Shown here piece by piece: positions 60,891-64,000 of a stretch of 64,000 nt of DNA (within the stretch, counting starts at the first letter, position 1; each line of letters begins with the position of its first letter). The DNA is from a virus. The notes beneath the pieces are model-generated. The model made no database searches. It saw nothing but the letters and a program-made list of their open reading frames with translations, and was not told where the DNA came from. Position numbers and translations under genes: made by a program. Location of the stretch: positions 1 to 64,000 of the IMG/VR virus record IMGVR_UViG_3300030202_003496, one strand, 5' to 3'.

Positions 60891-61862
60891 ATGAAAAAAG
60901 CATTTATAACAGGAATATCAGGTCAGGATGGAAGTTATCTTGCAGAATATTTAGTAGAGCTAGGATATGAAGTTCACGGTATTGTTAGAAGAAATTCTAC
61001 ACCAGAAAACCAACATAATAGAATAGACCATTTAGATGATAAGATACACACGTACTATGGAGATTTATTAGACCAGGGAAGTGTAGAAAGACTTTTAGAC
61101 AAAATTCAGCCAGATGAAATATATAATATTGCAGCACAATCACATGTAAGAATTAGTTTTGACATTCCTCAGTTTACAGTTCAGACAAATGCTTTAGGTG
61201 TCTTGAATATGTTAGAGGCGTATAGAAGAGCATGTCCAGATGCAAAGTTCTATCAAGCTAGTTCATCTGAAATGTTTGGTCTTTCTGTAGAAGAAGATAA
61301 TTTTCAAAGAGAAACTACAATTATGAATCCTGTTTCTCCTTATGGCTGTTCAAAGGTATTTGGATATAATATAGTTAGAAATTATAGACGTGCTTATGGA
61401 TTGCATGCAACAAATGGAATATTATTTAATCATGAGTCACCAAGACGAGGTAGTAATTTTGTAACAAACAAAGTTGTAAAAGCTGCTGTAAGAATAAAGC
61501 TAGGACTACAGGATAAGTTAGAACTTGGTAATATGGATTCTTATAGAGATTGGGGACATTCATACGATTATGTTAGAGCAATGCATTTAATGATGCAGCA
61601 TGATGAGCCAGGTGATTGGGTTGTTTCTACTATGGAAACACATTCAGTAAGAGAGATGTGTGAATTGGTATTTAATTATTTGGATTTAGATTATAAAGAT
61701 TATGTAGTACAAAATCCTAAATTTTTAAGACCTGAGGAATTACCGTACTTAAAAGGTGATTCTACAAAAATAAGAACAGAATTAGGATGGAAACCAAAAT
61801 ATACATTCAAAGAAATGATGGAAGAGATGACAGAGCATTGGTTGGAGTTATATAAAAAATGA
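60891..61862 (+). CDS. gmd: GDP-mannose 4,6-dehydratase
   Basis: ITGISGQDGSYLAE, AAQSHV, QASSSEMFG, SPYG.SK, FNHESPRRG, RDWG. Confidence 0.95.
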   Translation: MKKAFITGISGQDGSYLAEYLVELGYEVHGIVRRNSTPENQHNRIDHLDDKIHTYYGDLLDQGSVERLLDKIQPDEIYNIAAQSHVRISFDIPQFTVQTNALGVLNMLEAYRRACPDAKFYQASSSEMFGLSVEEDNFQRETTIMNPVSPYGCSKVFGYNIVRNYRRAYGLHATNGILFNHESPRRGSNFVTNKVVKAAVRIKLGLQDKLELGNMDSYRDWGHSYDYVRAMHLMMQHDEPGDWVVSTMETHSVREMCELVFNYLDLDYKDYVVQNPKFLRPEELPYLKGDSTKIRTELGWKPKYTFKEMMEEMTEHWLELYKK

Positions 61863-62029
61863 AAAAATTCGATAAATTAGATAAACCTGTCACTATGAAG
61901 GTATATACGAAAAAACCTAAAAAATGGACACTTATAGATGAAGAAACAGGTCAGATATATAGAGGTGATGAAGAATTGGCAAAGAAAGAAGGCCACAATG
62001 GTTGGAGGTTTATAGGAAATAAAAAATGA
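61859..62029 (+). CDS. Small hypothetical protein, 56 aa, missing from ORF track
   Basis: ATGA overlaps on both sides; KW.LIDEETGQIY.G. Confidence 0.6.
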   Translation: MKKFDKLDKPVTMKVYTKKPKKWTLIDEETGQIYRGDEELAKKEGHNGWRFIGNKK

Positions 62030-62271
62030 CGTATTTTATTATGATGCCAGGTGATACAGAGAAAGAAGTATATTTTGATTCTAATCTTTTAGGTGAAAAT
62101 ACAGGCTTTGGAATATTTTGGGCTGGAGCAGGGTTAAAAATTTTAATGAAAATGGTTGATAGCAATCCTGAACTACTACCAGATGTAAGAATAAAAACAG
62201 ATAAAGGAAATCAACTAACAGTTGAAGAATTTTTAACAGAAATAAAAGGACTTAAGGTCAGAGTAAATTAA
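62026..62271 (+). CDS. Hypothetical protein
   Basis: Coupled ORF. Confidence 0.6.
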   Translation: MTYFIMMPGDTEKEVYFDSNLLGENTGFGIFWAGAGLKILMKMVDSNPELLPDVRIKTDKGNQLTVEEFLTEIKGLKVRVN

Positions 62272-62276
62272 AAAAA

Positions 62277-62420
62277 ATGGAAAAGTTATTAGAAAGAATC
62301 GAGTACGTTAAACAGCAAATTGCTGCAGCAGGTCGACATGATGGTTGGGTTGTTGAAGGAATGAAATCCGAACTGGAAAGATTAGAAAGAAAATTGGCTA
62401 AACGCACAAAGAAAAAATAA
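62277..62420 (+). CDS. Small hypothetical protein, 47 aa
   Basis: MEKLLERIEYVKQQIAAAGRHDGW...; fills the intergenic gap. Confidence 0.5.
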   Translation: MEKLLERIEYVKQQIAAAGRHDGWVVEGMKSELERLERKLAKRTKKK

Positions 62421-62440
62421 AATATATATTTATATATACT

Positions 62441-62692
62441 ATGGGGAAAAAGGAAAAATACGGAAGCTATTTATGTAAAATTGGTTATTTCGATGTGAGA
62501 CAAAAAATTGAAATGCCAAGAACTAGAAGACTAAATAATGGAGAAAAACAAACAATTCCAGGAAAAGTTGAAGTATTTGTTTATCACGGTAAAAATAAAG
62601 TATCAGGACCGTTTGAGTCTCATATAAAAGCAATAGAATCTGCTAATGTATTGTTAGGTAAGAATTATAAATTTAATAAATTTGATAAATAG
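62441..62692 (+). CDS. Hypothetical protein
   Basis: Follows a TATTTATA motif. Confidence 0.6.
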   Translation: MGKKEKYGSYLCKIGYFDVRQKIEMPRTRRLNNGEKQTIPGKVEVFVYHGKNKVSGPFESHIKAIESANVLLGKNYKFNKFDK

Positions 62693-62695
62693 GTT

Positions 62696-62881
62696 ATGGA
62701 AGGTAAAAAAGCAATCGCTACTAAAGATATACCATCGTCAAATGGTATGTTATATAAAAATTCAACAGTCACTATAATAAAACAAGAATGTTCTTGCAGC
62801 CACGGCAGTCAAAATATATTGATTCAAGATGATACTGGAAGAGAATTTTGGGTAAGTATCCACGATATTTTAATTCAGTAA
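62696..62881 (+). CDS. Hypothetical protein
   Basis: Short ORF directly after the previous stop. Confidence 0.5.
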   Translation: MEGKKAIATKDIPSSNGMLYKNSTVTIIKQECSCSHGSQNILIQDDTGREFWVSIHDILIQ

Positions 62882-62933
62882 ACTGATATTTATATTCATA
62901 TAGAATAATGTTCGAAATTTAAGGAGAGCTAAT

Positions 62934-64000
62934 ATGTCAATATTGACGAAAATGGTTGAAAGCGAATTAAGTAAGCTTTCAGAACAAGAAAGAGAATTAC
63001 TTAAAGACAAGCTTAAATCAAAAAAGTCTGTGACTATGTCTGAGCTTTCTAAAATCATAGAAGAAGAATACGAATCTTATATTAACGAGCGAAGAGGTAA
63101 AAAGGTCACTAAGCAATGGTGGAAAAAAGCTAGTGAAGATGATAGAGAAAGAGCGATGCTATCTGTTGTTAAGGACCCTGATGATATCGATTATGATTTG
63201 GTTGATGGTAAATGGGAAGACCTTGAAGGATGGATGCAGAGAGATATGTACTTTTTTGAAGGTCAATTAGATGAAAAAGGAAAAGGACTTTGGCATAATA
63301 TTAGAGCTAAAAGAGCTAGAGGAGAAAAACCTGCAAGAAAAGGAAGTAAGGCTTACAAAAAAGCTAAAAAGGCTGCAGATGATATTAACGCATCAGAAGG
63401 CAAGAAAAACGAAGGAGCTTATGGATGGCAAACTATGGACATGTCATCATTCAAAGGTTTGAAAACTGCTAAAAAAGGTTCAAAAGCTACTGGTGGTGGT
63501 TATGGCCCTTTTATAAAAATAGGAAGTGACTCTTGGAAAAATCCAAAAACAGGAAGACTAATGCATAGCAAAGCTCTTGCAAGCCATATTGGCGGATTCA
63601 ATGATTTTATAGTAGAAGTTAAAGAGAAAGGCGCTGACGGTAAGGCATGTTGGAAAGGATATAGATATGCAGGTACTGAAGATGGCAAAGACAAATGCGT
63701 TAAAATTGGTGAAGGTGAATTAAATGAAAGAACTGCAAAAGCTACATTAGAAGATGCAGTAAAAGCTTTGATGAAAACATTTGCTGGTAAAAAATTAGAC
63801 CAAAGATATGTTAAAGACTATCTAAAATCTATGGAAAGATTGGCAAGAAAAAAGCCAATGGATTTTGTAAAAGACTATGGAGATTTTAAGGTTAAAGATT
63901 GGATTGAAGATGTAGAATATAATTTACAGAATGAAGCTAAATTAGAAAAAGAAAAGTTTACTGAACCTGAGCAGATGAAAATGTATGAAATCAAAAAAGG
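62934..64000 (+). CDS. Partial long ORF, probable modular internal head protein (runs off the window)
   Basis: TATTTATA motif and SD aaggag upstream; open for more than 350 codons; charged modules separated by (I/L)xE sites. Confidence 0.7.
   Translation, partial: MSILTKMVESELSKLSEQERELLKDKLKSKKSVTMSELSKIIEEEYESYINERRGKKVTKQWWKKASEDDRERAMLSVVKDPDDIDYDLVDGKWEDLEGWMQRDMYFFEGQLDEKGKGLWHNIRAKRARGEKPARKGSKAYKKAKKAADDINASEGKKNEGAYGWQTMDMSSFKGLKTAKKGSKATGGGYGPFIKIGSDSWKNPKTGRLMHSKALASHIGGFNDFIVEVKEKGADGKACWKGYRYAGTEDGKDKCVKIGEGELNERTAKATLEDAVKALMKTFAGKKLDQRYVKDYLKSMERLARKKPMDFVKDYGDFKVKDWIEDVEYNLQNEAKLEKEKFTEPEQMKMYEIKK

Overview
This is a 64-kb segment of a large, AT-rich, T4-like myovirus genome, with essentially all genes on the + strand in standard genetic code. 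A Bacteroidota host is inferred from bS21, Hc1-like and DUF4494-like genes. Gene order: (1) ribosomal protein bS21, then a head-neck-tail-baseplate module (scaffold, major capsid, PhoH, neck, sheath, tube, tape measure, hub/lysin; ~1-22 kb); (2) replication and repair genes (compact PolA, UvdE, SSB, RecA, Hsp20, 5'-3' exonuclease, DnaB, class II RNR; ~22-34 kb); (3) a probable nucleotide/DNA-modification cluster around DnaE (flavoprotein, NTP-PPase-HAD, dUTPase, kinase, SDR sugar enzyme, minimal thymidylate-synthase homolog with the dCMP-type Asp, two divergent ThyX-like proteins; ~34.5-44 kb); (4) GroES/GroEL and a nuclease; (5) a ~14-kb glycosylation island with an apparently complete 2-aminoethylphosphonate pathway (PepM, split Ppd, AEP transaminase, cytidylyltransferase). 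Non-coding highlights: a tRNA-like ~200-nt structured RNA after recA, a perfect 16-bp inverted repeat enclosing hsp20, a probable programmed frameshift upstream of the tape-measure gene, and two recurrent promoter-like motifs. All functional calls come from motif recognition by eye, not database searches.
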